Assembly (NCBI GenBank): GCA_008369845.1
Contig: MRSU01008998.1
Span: forward strand, 1-50,994
Direction of reading: 5' to 3'
Source of the DNA: Trichomonas gallinae
Lineage: Eukaryota
Length of the DNA stretch: 50,994 bases
Position 1 is the first letter of the stretch; every line of letters begins with the position of its first letter. The notes below the pieces were generated by a model, which saw only the letters and a list, made by a program, of their open reading frames with translations, searched no databases and was not told where the DNA came from. The translations under genes were made by a program, and so were the position numbers. Positions 1-9,840 of the stretch are shown here, one piece after another.

Positions 1-577
1 CATTACTGCCTGTTGTAAAATATCTATTGATATACCAAAGAATGGTTTTAGTATGTCACAGCTTACTTTCGCTCCATTGGTTTTCGTCCGTTAAAATAAG
101 GTTCTGAGTTGCAATACCTTTTATGTAATATTTTTTCTAATGATGGTGTATTTTAAGAATGAGTGTCGGACAAAAGTGTGTTCAAGTTTACCTAAATAAG
201 AAATAGACTGGTTAAAACTGGAGTCGGAACCATTTCATATTATAATGATAAGTGAAGTGACAGTCGTAATATGAAGTGACAAAAATACCATAAATTTCAT
301 GGCGGCTTGCAGCATATTTGAATCAATACATCCCATGTGATACAGATATGCGATGTTTTCATACCAACTTCAATGTTAGTTGAATGTTGGTGAGAGAGAA
401 AAATAAAGTTCGTTCGATCACCAAGGTTGATACGAAGTGAAGTATCCAATCATTTCGGATTAACCCTTTATGCAATCTGCTTCAGTCTAACATCATCGTT
501 TTGGTGTAAATTAATTTGTGTTTATCTAACCATTATTTTCCATTCAAAAAATCATCGAAAAATGAGAAAAACAAAAA

Positions 578-1099
578 ATGATGATTTCAGAGGAAACCAT
601 TGCTGCAATATTCGCAGGAACAGTTATTATTCCATACGGCATATACACATGGGCCTATAAGTGGCCAAAGCACTTCTTAAAACACATGACACAAGGTCAA
701 ATGATCTGGTTGTCTTCAATTTTACACTCTATCAGCTTTATCACTTATGGAATGTTATGCTACAACTCAGGCCTTGTTGCTAGTAGACTGATCTTTACAA
801 TTCCATTAATTGCCGTTGGCCAAATGTTCAATTATCTTGTTTACACAAGACTTGGTAAAGTTCGTGCTTACTACGGATGGGAGCTTGAACTCTACAGTGG
901 CCCAATTGTCACAGGATTCCCATTTGACACGATTGCTGATTCACAATATAAGGGATGCATCATGTCTGTTCTCGGAACATGCCTATCATTCAACTACAAT
1001 CCTTTACTTGCAATTTTGACAGGTTATTGGATTGCTCTTTACGTTTACATGATTTTCATGGAAAATACAGCGCCAGGCCGTCCAATTCCATCAGATTAA
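578..1099 (+). CDS. Phospholipid (phosphatidyl-N-methylethanolamine) N-methyltransferase, PEMT/PLMT family
   Basis: 173-aa multi-pass membrane ORF. The segment LGKVRAYYG..VTGFPF..IADSQYKGCIMS resembles the PEMT/plant PLMT motif LG..G.YYG....VT.FPF....PQY.GS. Confidence 0.75.
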   Translation: MMISEETIAAIFAGTVIIPYGIYTWAYKWPKHFLKHMTQGQMIWLSSILHSISFITYGMLCYNSGLVASRLIFTIPLIAVGQMFNYLVYTRLGKVRAYYGWELELYSGPIVTGFPFDTIADSQYKGCIMSVLGTCLSFNYNPLLAILTGYWIALYVYMIFMENTAPGRPIPSD

Positions 1100-1431
1100 C
1101 TTATTTATTCTTTCAAACTTATGTAAAAAAGACGATATTCAAAGATCAATTAGTTTTTCTATTTCGCTTTAATTTTATTTAATAAGATAGATATTTGAGA
1201 ATAGTAACACAACTTCCATATTCAATAATTAAATGATACATGCATGAAAATTACATATAAAGCGATAAAAAATTTTTTTAATAATATATTTCCAATATAT
1301 CATGAAAGGACTAAAGATTATTAATATGATGAAGTAGTATATATTAAATTAAGCTCCTTTTTGGTTGATTTCGATTTTTTGTAATTTCGACTTGTAAAGT
1401 GTCAAATGTCAAATGTAATTGTTTTGAATGA

Positions 1432-1436
1432 TCACT
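1432..1436 (+). promoter_or_regulatory. Initiator (Inr) core-promoter element TCACT
   Basis: Matches the trichomonad Inr consensus TCA(Py)(T/A), about 22 nt upstream of the NEK ATG at 1459. Confidence 0.45.
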
Positions 1437-1458
1437 TTTCGTATCGTCTTCTATTTAC

Positions 1459-2724
1459 ATGTCACTGTCCGATTATCAGGTTATTCAGACAATCGGCACT
1501 GGCTCATATGGAAAGGTAGTTTTAGCCAAGGAAATCCATACTGGCGTGAAGTATGCAATAAAAAAGGTTAAATTAGCTGGATTGACTGTTGATCAAAGAC
1601 AGAAGGCACTTGATGAAGTTAGTTTACTTCAGCACCTCAACCATCCTAATATAGTCAGATGCCACAAGTCATTCATCGAAAAGTGCACCCTCCATATCGT
1701 TATGGATTACGTTGATGGAGGAAATCTTGATAATATCATTCAGAAAACAAAAAGCTACATGGCTGAAACAGATATTCTCTCTTTCTTCATCCAAGTTGTG
1801 ATCGCATTATCGTACATACACAAGAAAAACATCATCCATCGAGATATCAAACCTGAAAACGTATTCTTAATGAAAAATGGAATAGCCAAACTTGGTGACT
1901 TTGGCATATCAAAGACCCTAGAATCATCAATTGGCCTGGCAACGACAGTAATCGGAACTCCGTATTATTTAGCACCAGAAATCTGGGCAGGTGAAAAATA
2001 CGATACTAAGGCTGATATGTGGAGCCTTGGATGCATACTTTTCGAAATGTGCTCGCTCGAAAAACCTTTCCTGGGAAATAATCAAAAAGAATTATTCGAC
2101 AGAGTTTTAGCTGGACGTCATAAAGAGATTCCATCACAATATTCTAACGATTTAAAGCACCTTGTTGATGGTCTTTTGTCAATGGATCCATCTTTTAGGC
2201 CAACATCACAACAAATTCTTCAATTGCCATTCCTTCGCGAAGCTATGAAGAAAATGATCGAAAATAACAATTCTACAATTAAGAAATCGCCAATACCATC
2301 ACCAGGAACTAGAAAAGAACCGAAAAATATTCCTTCACCAAAAGAACCAGAATCAGACAGTTCTTATTTTGATGATGACGAAGAAGAAGATGCTGAATCG
2401 CCAAAGAAAGAGTTTAATGACGATTTTGTCATGGAAGAGGAAGATGATTATGAAAATTTCGATGATTTTCATGTTTTAGAGGGCGCAACAATGGTACTTG
2501 AATCAACATTATGTATAGACACACCATCACATAGAATAGAAAAGCTTAAAACAGAACTCAAAAAATCTTTGGGCGAAGAAAAGTTCAAAGAAGTTTATGA
2601 TGATATGTGCGATCCATTCGATATCGATGCTTCTAATAGACTTAGAACATTCGAGAAAACAGATCCTAAAGCAGCGCAAATGGTTAGAGATTTAATCGAT
2701 CTTGAAGAGTCATCCACCATATAA
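1459..2724 (+). CDS. NIMA-related (NEK) Ser/Thr protein kinase
   Basis: Motifs GTGSYG, YAIKK, HRDIKPENVFL, KLGDFGISKTL, GTPYYLAPE and DMWSLGC are all present. An acidic linker leads to a NEK-type C-terminal RIEKLK..L...LG...F...Y motif. Confidence 0.93.
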   Translation: MSLSDYQVIQTIGTGSYGKVVLAKEIHTGVKYAIKKVKLAGLTVDQRQKALDEVSLLQHLNHPNIVRCHKSFIEKCTLHIVMDYVDGGNLDNIIQKTKSYMAETDILSFFIQVVIALSYIHKKNIIHRDIKPENVFLMKNGIAKLGDFGISKTLESSIGLATTVIGTPYYLAPEIWAGEKYDTKADMWSLGCILFEMCSLEKPFLGNNQKELFDRVLAGRHKEIPSQYSNDLKHLVDGLLSMDPSFRPTSQQILQLPFLREAMKKMIENNNSTIKKSPIPSPGTRKEPKNIPSPKEPESDSSYFDDDEEEDAESPKKEFNDDFVMEEEDDYENFDDFHVLEGATMVLESTLCIDTPSHRIEKLKTELKKSLGEEKFKEVYDDMCDPFDIDASNRLRTFEKTDPKAAQMVRDLIDLEESSTI

Positions 2725-3001
2725 TATTATATTTTGTTCATGTAAACCACCCTTGTCATATTAATTTCCCTTATTTTTACAATGATTTTATATTTTAGAT
2801 TAAATTTTGTTTTTAACATTGGTAACAATGAGATTAGGATGCAAAATTTTGTTATTAATCTATACGAAAAGACTAAATACAAATGAAATCACATTTTGAA
2901 ATATGGAAAATTATTAAAACGAAATGTGTTCTTATTGTTATGATCTCATGACTATAAAGGAAATAAATTGTCGATTATCAATATTTAGAGTCATTATTTC
3001 G

Positions 3002-3622
3002 ATGGTTACTGAAAATGGTTTTCTTCTTGGTCTTGTTTTCGGACAAAACAGGCCGCTTTGTGAGTATTCCGTTGTCAGTGGTAACCATATAGAGATAGCA
3101 TTACGTGTTATTAAGTCTATGAGTCGAAATAACAGAAATGCATTTTCAGATCATGGAGATTATGTATACACACTCAAATTTAACGATCAAGGATACATAT
3201 ATGTATGTCTTGCAACGAGAGATGTTGACCTTCAAAGCCAAAATGTGTTTTTAGATAAACTTGAAGAACTTTGGATGTCTAAAATTGCTCCAAACTTAGA
3301 TGATTTCTCTCCATACAGCCAAAATAGTACTTTTGGACCAGATATTTCTGCTTTAATAGCAGATTCAAATTTAGATTATCTTACACAGCTTAGTCCAAGA
3401 CCGATAGATCGAAAAATGACTAATATACACACATCACTAGTGTATAGCGATAATTTAAACATTACACCGAAGAAAGATAAAACGAATGTTACAAAAAAGA
3501 GACTTTTCATCAAAAGATGGAAGAACAGGATCTTATATAACCGCACTTATATGTTTGTCGCAATTTCAATCATGATTATATCTTTAATAGGATTATATAT
3601 GTTGTTATCTTATATTCTTTGA
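3002..3622 (+). CDS. Longin-domain (VAMP7-like) tail-anchored protein lacking an evident SNARE motif
   Basis: Longin signatures LCEYS...GN, DYVY......GYIYVCLA and FLDKLEELW. A basic stretch and C-terminal TM follow (KRLFIKRWKNR..MFVAISIMIISLIGLYMLL). The start is moved from 2924 to ATG 3002 because Inr TCATT lies at 2991-2995. Confidence 0.7.
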   Translation: MVTENGFLLGLVFGQNRPLCEYSVVSGNHIEIALRVIKSMSRNNRNAFSDHGDYVYTLKFNDQGYIYVCLATRDVDLQSQNVFLDKLEELWMSKIAPNLDDFSPYSQNSTFGPDISALIADSNLDYLTQLSPRPIDRKMTNIHTSLVYSDNLNITPKKDKTNVTKKRLFIKRWKNRILYNRTYMFVAISIMIISLIGLYMLLSYIL

Positions 3623-4174
3623 CCATGAATGGATTTAATTTTGTTTATTTTTGTTATTTGTATGATATATTAAAATAGATTTGTTTATTATCAAATTCAA
3701 TTTTGATTTTTTACAATATATCCTTCTTCATTATGTGGGATAGCAAATTCTCCTATAAATGATTCGATTTGTAATAAATTCATTATAGATATATCAATAT
3801 ATGAATATTTGATAAAAATAAATTATTAAAAAAATGATATTCTAGCTTGTATGCTTAGATTAATAGAAAATATTGGGGTAAATATTGATAACGATGATAT
3901 TTAATAGTCTCTGCATCAATGCATAAAAATTTGGAAAATATAAATAGGCAATGTATTGATATCGACAAATATATATGATATATAGCCTCTATAATAGCAA
4001 TTCATCAAAAAATTATATGATTTACAGGCTTCTTTTGTTCGAAATTGAAAAATATAAAACGTTTTTTGTTTGATTGCCGATTTTTTCGTGATATTATTAT
4101 CAAAAGAATAATTGCAAATAAACCTAAAAAATAAAAAAATTACCCTTTATAAAAGGGCAATTTTAACAATTTAT

Positions 4175-6151
4175 ATGAGAAGCTTTTCAGATACAAAACT
4201 CAGCTTAAACCAATTTGGTGAGATTGCCAATACCATAGAGAAGCTCTGGGATATCGATGAAACTAATTACAAAGATGTTTTTCAAGAAATCACAAAGTTG
4301 GTTGATTCCAAATTGCTCAATGACATGTCTGTTATGGACATTGTTGACTGCATCGCATCAAAGCGTCCGAAAAAGCTAAAAATACTCCTTGATTTCTGTA
4401 TCGACTTTACAAAAATTCATGATATTTCCCAAACAAAGTATAAATGCAAAAACAGCATGAACTTGCAGGCCTTACTGATCAAAAGAGGAATTGTCAGTCA
4501 AAAGGAGAGCTCCTCACTCCAAGATTTATCGGAAGAAGCAATTCTCGAGATTTACGATGAAGAAACAGTTACCTACTTAATCTTCTGGGATAAGATAGAC
4601 ATGATTAAGGAAATTGTCGAGACAGAAGACTTCGATTACGATCAAATCATTGATAATGTCAGAATAATTGATTTAGCCGCTAAATTCGGTTCTGTCAATT
4701 GCTTTAAGTTCCTTCTCGAGCAAAACGCTATTGTTACTCACAGAACGCTTCAACACGCCTTCGAAGGAAATAATAGCGAAATTATCGAAAGCCTGCAAAA
4801 AATGTTCGAACTCAACAACGAGTGCATGATTAATGCTGTAAGCTACCACTCCACGGCATATATCGACAAACTTGGCAAAATGGGCCTAAATGTGACATGG
4901 CCGACGGTTTTCCAATCATACAATTTCAAGTTTTTATACGATAAAGTTTTCAAAGGTGATGTCAACATGAGGGACTGCATGAATAGAACAGCTTTGATGG
5001 TTGCCTGCGACCTTGGACTTGAGGAGATCGTTCAGCTCTTAGTCGAATCCAAGGCAGACTTGAATGCTAAAGACTCAGAGAACAGAACAGCAATTTTTGA
5101 CGCTTGTATCCACGACATGAGCTATTTGCCAATCATCAAGTGCTTAGTTGGCAATGGCGCCAACATCGACTTGCAGGATAATGACGGCTACACAGCCCTC
5201 ATTGTTTCATCATATACAGGCAACAGAACGATCGCTAAATTCTTGATTGACTCGAAGGCTAAATTGGATTTGCGAGACAAAAATGACAAAACCGCTTTGC
5301 ATCATTCTATTCATGATTCTCCTGAGATATCTATCCATCTCATCGAAGCTGGTGCAAATGTCAACGCCAAAGACAAGAAGGGCCACACACCACTTTACTA
5401 TGCATGCAAGTCCAACCACGAGAACTTGGTGAAGGAATTGGTTCAGCACAAAGCTGATGTCAATGAAGTCGATGAGAAAGGAATTCCAATCATTCACAGC
5501 ATATTGGCTGAAGGCGCGACAAACATGGTTTACTATTTGTTGAAATCCGGCTGCAGTGTCAATACAACAGACAAAGAAGGAAACACTTTGCTGATGGTTG
5601 CCTGCAGAGAAAACAACGAAGAGTTTATCAACTATTTGATTGAAGGCAAAGTCGATATCAACCAGCAAAACAATGAGAAGAAGACTGCTTTGATGATCGC
5701 ATGCTTGTATAACCACCACGATGCTGCCCAGGTTCTCATTGAAAACAAGGCAAAGGTTGATTTAGTTGACAAGGATGGAAAATCAGCACTGATCCATGCA
5801 TGCGAAGGAAACAGTGGTGCAGAGTGCATATCATTATTGGTCGAAAACAAGGCTAACATCGAGATCCGCTCTAACGAAGGATGGACACCACTCATGTATG
5901 CTTCAAAGGAAAACAACATCGGCGCTGTTAGAGAATTGGTCCATGCAAAGGCCAAGATTGAGTCAAAGGATAACGACGGAATGACAGCACTTTTAATCGC
6001 AACAAGAAATAATGCATTAAATGTTGTTGACTTCCTTGTTCAGAGTGGTGCAAATGTTGAAGCTAAAGACAATGAAGGAAGAACATCAATGAACCACGCC
6101 ATTGACAATGGACATTCAAATGTCATGATGGTACTACAGGGATCTAACTAG
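4175..6151 (+). CDS. Ankyrin-repeat protein with N-terminal DUF3447-like domain
   Basis: About 11-12 ankyrin repeats (G.TAL..A....L...GA.VN.KD) preceded by LAAKFGSVNCFKFL / AFEGNNSEII / AVSYH, typical of trichomonad DUF3447 proteins. The first ATG is 4175; the ORF track starts at TTG 4112. Confidence 0.9.
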   Translation: MRSFSDTKLSLNQFGEIANTIEKLWDIDETNYKDVFQEITKLVDSKLLNDMSVMDIVDCIASKRPKKLKILLDFCIDFTKIHDISQTKYKCKNSMNLQALLIKRGIVSQKESSSLQDLSEEAILEIYDEETVTYLIFWDKIDMIKEIVETEDFDYDQIIDNVRIIDLAAKFGSVNCFKFLLEQNAIVTHRTLQHAFEGNNSEIIESLQKMFELNNECMINAVSYHSTAYIDKLGKMGLNVTWPTVFQSYNFKFLYDKVFKGDVNMRDCMNRTALMVACDLGLEEIVQLLVESKADLNAKDSENRTAIFDACIHDMSYLPIIKCLVGNGANIDLQDNDGYTALIVSSYTGNRTIAKFLIDSKAKLDLRDKNDKTALHHSIHDSPEISIHLIEAGANVNAKDKKGHTPLYYACKSNHENLVKELVQHKADVNEVDEKGIPIIHSILAEGATNMVYYLLKSGCSVNTTDKEGNTLLMVACRENNEEFINYLIEGKVDINQQNNEKKTALMIACLYNHHDAAQVLIENKAKVDLVDKDGKSALIHACEGNSGAECISLLVENKANIEIRSNEGWTPLMYASKENNIGAVRELVHAKAKIESKDNDGMTALLIATRNNALNVVDFLVQSGANVEAKDNEGRTSMNHAIDNGHSNVMMVLQGSN

Positions 6152-6276
6152 AATGTCTCATCTTATTATTTTTTATTTCTGTCTTCAACTACCATTAAAA
6201 CTATATATATGCGAACTCACATTATTCATAGTTATTTTATAGAGATAGATTATAAACATATATACAAAAATAAAAA

Positions 6277-9200
6277 TTATATCTTAAGCATGGCGAGATC
6301 AAAACCAATCGATCTCATCCTTTCGTTTGTTTCAGCTTGTGACATTTTTGGTGTGACCATTCCAGGTACAACTTTCTGGTCTTCGTATTTAGTTCTTCTA
6401 TATGACTCCTTGATGTTTTCCATGAACAAAGGATCATTATCTGTCAGCTTCTCCAAAGAAATCATAAGATCCCTAACTCCAGTAGCAAATGAGCGGTTAT
6501 CTGCTTGGATGAGATTTGTGAGGATGTCGCTGAAGAAGTTTGGTGCCTGGTCAGGGAACTGCTCACCAAGGATTGTAAGAGCAATTTCTTGGTGTTGAAT
6601 TAAGAACGGCAACGACAAATATGCCTTGATGACCATGCAGATATCATCGAACATGAACTTGTGAATTAAGTCAGACAAAATCATGAACAAGTTATTTAAG
6701 GCGATGTTGCAAATCCACGTGAAATAGTCGTTTCTCACTTCAGGGCTCAGATTCTTAGTGCTGTTCTGATCAATAAAATCTTTATACAAAGCAACAGCAT
6801 CTGCAGCTATTTCTCTGTACGGTGAGTTAATCAAATGTGTTATAACATTCATGACTTCGTTCTTTGTATCTATTGGCAAATTAACGAAATAAGGAAGATT
6901 TCCTAATAACAATCCTCTGATGTACTTAACAAGAGGCTTCCTGAATGACACAAAGTCCTGTTGGTTCTCCATGATCATCATGCATGTTGACACAAAAATG
7001 TACTGCGAGAGATAATCCAGTTGTTCGTTTGTAAAGGTATTTCCGAGAGCACTTATCAAAATGCCGAACATCATAGGAATCTCGGCGACTCTGTATTGAG
7101 GTGGAGCCTCTGAATAACTAATAGCGAAGTTTTCAGCACATGATGCTGTGAACTGGAAGCCGAGATCTGAGTTTTGTTTGATGGCGAAGCTGAAACTTTC
7201 AATTGCGCCGATGCAGCTCTGTAATATCGACTTCATCCATGGGAACTTTCCTTCTTGCTCAATGCTCCAAGCGAAGAAACTCTGATAGACTTCGATGATG
7301 CTCATATAGATCTGCTCAATGGCTGGCTGTGCAATTAATCCAGCGTTCGCAAAAATAGCAGTGAAGCATTTTAAGACATATATAATTGTATTCGCTTCTT
7401 CAAGATGAACTTGAGACAAATCAGCAATGGCCTGGTTCCATTCGTTTGTCAATGGTGTGTATAAAATCTGTAGCAAAGCAGCCCTTGTGTCAATGATGTT
7501 GACTGAAATTATCATTTTCGTCAAACATTCGTACAAAGATATGCAAGCGAATCTTTCGAGCCTTGTGACAATTTCATCCAGCTTTCCAAGTAGTTCTTCG
7601 AGGTAGACGCTGCCTTCACGAGGGTCTATGAAGTTTTTAAGGCAATCAATAGCAATTTTTTGGAATGCATGGACTGACATAGCTGCAATACCGATATCAT
7701 AATTTTGTATCATCATATCTAAGACGAATTCGATTATTTGATAGAACAACTGATAACTTTTGTTTAAAATTCTTGTGCATTTTGAAGTCAAATAAAGGAA
7801 CTCATTTGCGAGCATTGCTTTGGATTCATCATCATCTGCTGTATAGAATTGCCAATAAATTTTGTTGTAAACTTCTAATGTGAAGCCTTCATCTGAATCT
7901 TCTGGCAAAGCATTGCCAATTGCAGCCATTGTCCAGCAGAACTTCCTGTATATGTCAATGCTGAACTCTGATGACAAAGATTCGAACATTTGATTGACAG
8001 CTGTGAAAACGAGATGTGGATCAAAGTTAATCAAAATTATCAAGCATTGCCGCATTGCTGAGTAACTTGAGTCTGATTCCTCCAGGTCTTTGATGATTGC
8101 TCTGTTGAACTGATCTTCTCCATTAAAAATATCATAGGGTTTTTCCATGTTTAACAGAATCTGCATAATTAGCGCTTCATATAATGGACTGTATATTGCA
8201 TATTTTGAAACCCTTTGGTTCTGCTTTTCTTTGAAGATTTCGGTTAAAATATTTGACCAAAACTCGAAGCCAGCCTTTTGGATTTGAGAGTCACCATTTG
8301 TTGCTATTATGTCAACGATCCACTTCAAGACAACTGGCAAAGCTTCAACTGCAGAATTTTCGATTTCGATTCTGTAGTGCATCAGCATAGAATCAAAGAA
8401 GTAAATGATTTTTTGCATCAACTCGAGCTCAAAGCCGGACCAGTCTATTTCTGGGGATTGTTGTGGAGATCCAGCAATTATAGCTTCAACGATTTTAACG
8501 AAAATATTGGCAGCATAATTATTTCTGTATTCAGGATATTTGTATGCAGCGTTTGATATTGATGTAAAAATTGATAGAAAATGATGCAAGTGATTATTAA
8601 ATATAAGGAGACCATCTAAGCATAATGGAAAGACTGGTGACTGAAGGAATTGTATTGGATTAGCAAGCGGCGCAATAGCTTCAATAAATTGTAGAGTTGA
8701 TTTAATATATACTGGATCTGTTTCTTTAGTGATCATTGTTAGAACAGGGCAAAGCTGCTCGAATGCATGAGGCATTCCGCGACTAATATGGGCGAATTTT
8801 TCTGAAGTAATATTCGATAAAGCATTTTTTGAAACATCTTCGCAAACGGAGCGAAAAACAACGAGATAATTGTTGAATAGTGGCAGACTAATATGCATTA
8901 TCTGTAAAATTTGATCAATAAAATCAGGCCATCCATCTGGCCAATCCTCTTCGAGAACAGCAATCAAAACACTATTAGCAATGTTGAGGAGACTTGTGTT
9001 TTCCCCACCATGCATGTAAATTTGTCCAATCTGCGATATTATAAATTGTTTGTATCCTACTCTCGAGGCTGAGTCTAAGAAGTCCCAGTTTTTCGCAAGA
9101 ATTTGCTTTAACCCTGCAAATGCTGCATATTTTGCTTGCATTGAAGTCTCTTGTTCGATAATTGGAATAAGAAAATCAATAATATCGCTCCTCTCGAAGA

Positions 9201-9315
9201 ATGCATTAATAGTTCTCAGCGCATCTTGGTTGGGGGTGGCTGAATAGGCAGCTAAAGCACATTGATCAAAGAGTTGAACAGAAACTTCAGTCCCTTCGAT
9301 GCCTAAATCTTCCAT
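6277..9315 (-). CDS. Exportin-1 (CRM1)-like karyopherin-beta
   Basis: 1012-aa HEAT-like protein with an IBN_N-type start (QAKYAAFAGLKQILAKNW), EDWPDGWPDFI, GFEFW, NMEKP, YSAMRQCLI, FCWTMAAIGNAL..E and a C-terminal VPGM, all collinear with CRM1 motifs. It is divergent. Confidence 0.8.
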   Translation of the reverse strand: MEDLGIEGTEVSVQLFDQCALAAYSATPNQDALRTINAFFERSDIIDFLIPIIEQETSMQAKYAAFAGLKQILAKNWDFLDSASRVGYKQFIISQIGQIYMHGGENTSLLNIANSVLIAVLEEDWPDGWPDFIDQILQIMHISLPLFNNYLVVFRSVCEDVSKNALSNITSEKFAHISRGMPHAFEQLCPVLTMITKETDPVYIKSTLQFIEAIAPLANPIQFLQSPVFPLCLDGLLIFNNHLHHFLSIFTSISNAAYKYPEYRNNYAANIFVKIVEAIIAGSPQQSPEIDWSGFELELMQKIIYFFDSMLMHYRIEIENSAVEALPVVLKWIVDIIATNGDSQIQKAGFEFWSNILTEIFKEKQNQRVSKYAIYSPLYEALIMQILLNMEKPYDIFNGEDQFNRAIIKDLEESDSSYSAMRQCLIILINFDPHLVFTAVNQMFESLSSEFSIDIYRKFCWTMAAIGNALPEDSDEGFTLEVYNKIYWQFYTADDDESKAMLANEFLYLTSKCTRILNKSYQLFYQIIEFVLDMMIQNYDIGIAAMSVHAFQKIAIDCLKNFIDPREGSVYLEELLGKLDEIVTRLERFACISLYECLTKMIISVNIIDTRAALLQILYTPLTNEWNQAIADLSQVHLEEANTIIYVLKCFTAIFANAGLIAQPAIEQIYMSIIEVYQSFFAWSIEQEGKFPWMKSILQSCIGAIESFSFAIKQNSDLGFQFTASCAENFAISYSEAPPQYRVAEIPMMFGILISALGNTFTNEQLDYLSQYIFVSTCMMIMENQQDFVSFRKPLVKYIRGLLLGNLPYFVNLPIDTKNEVMNVITHLINSPYREIAADAVALYKDFIDQNSTKNLSPEVRNDYFTWICNIALNNLFMILSDLIHKFMFDDICMVIKAYLSLPFLIQHQEIALTILGEQFPDQAPNFFSDILTNLIQADNRSFATGVRDLMISLEKLTDNDPLFMENIKESYRRTKYEDQKVVPGMVTPKMSQAETNERMRSIGFDLAMLKI

Positions 9316-9840
9316 ATTTTTGAAATTCCTGACTCATTGACTCAATCCACCATATAAATCTACATCTGAATTCGCATTTATCAAAATCCGTAGTAGTCGA
9401 AAAAGAAATTTGCGAAATTTCTTGGTTTTATTGCCTTTGTTTTGTAATATTTAGATTGTACTTCTTATCTACAGTGATCTTAAACATTTAATTTTAATTT
9501 TAATTTTTAAAAAAATTTTACCCTAGATATAGATAGCATTTACATACTTTCTCGGTAAATATTCATTTATTTTGATCAATAATCCGACAAATTTATGATG
9601 CCAAAAAAATTATCAAATTTGACTGATTTGCTTAGCATCATCTAATAACACAAGTAAAGATGATGCCAAATATTTAATACGAAGACCAAATTCCTTAAAA
9701 TTTTCAATATGAAAATTTGATTTTAAGCTAAATGAGTTGAATATATGATAATCAAGTACCATATCAGTAGCTGAATAACATACTTCAACGATGAATAATA
9801 AAAAAGATATTTTATATCATAAAAGTTGACATAGAAAAAT

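Noticed and set aside
9595..9670. ATGATGCCAAA x2 plus an inverted partial copy, possible C/D snoRNA
   Set aside because: The box C is imperfect (no RTGATGA), and no convincing terminal stem or guide was seen.
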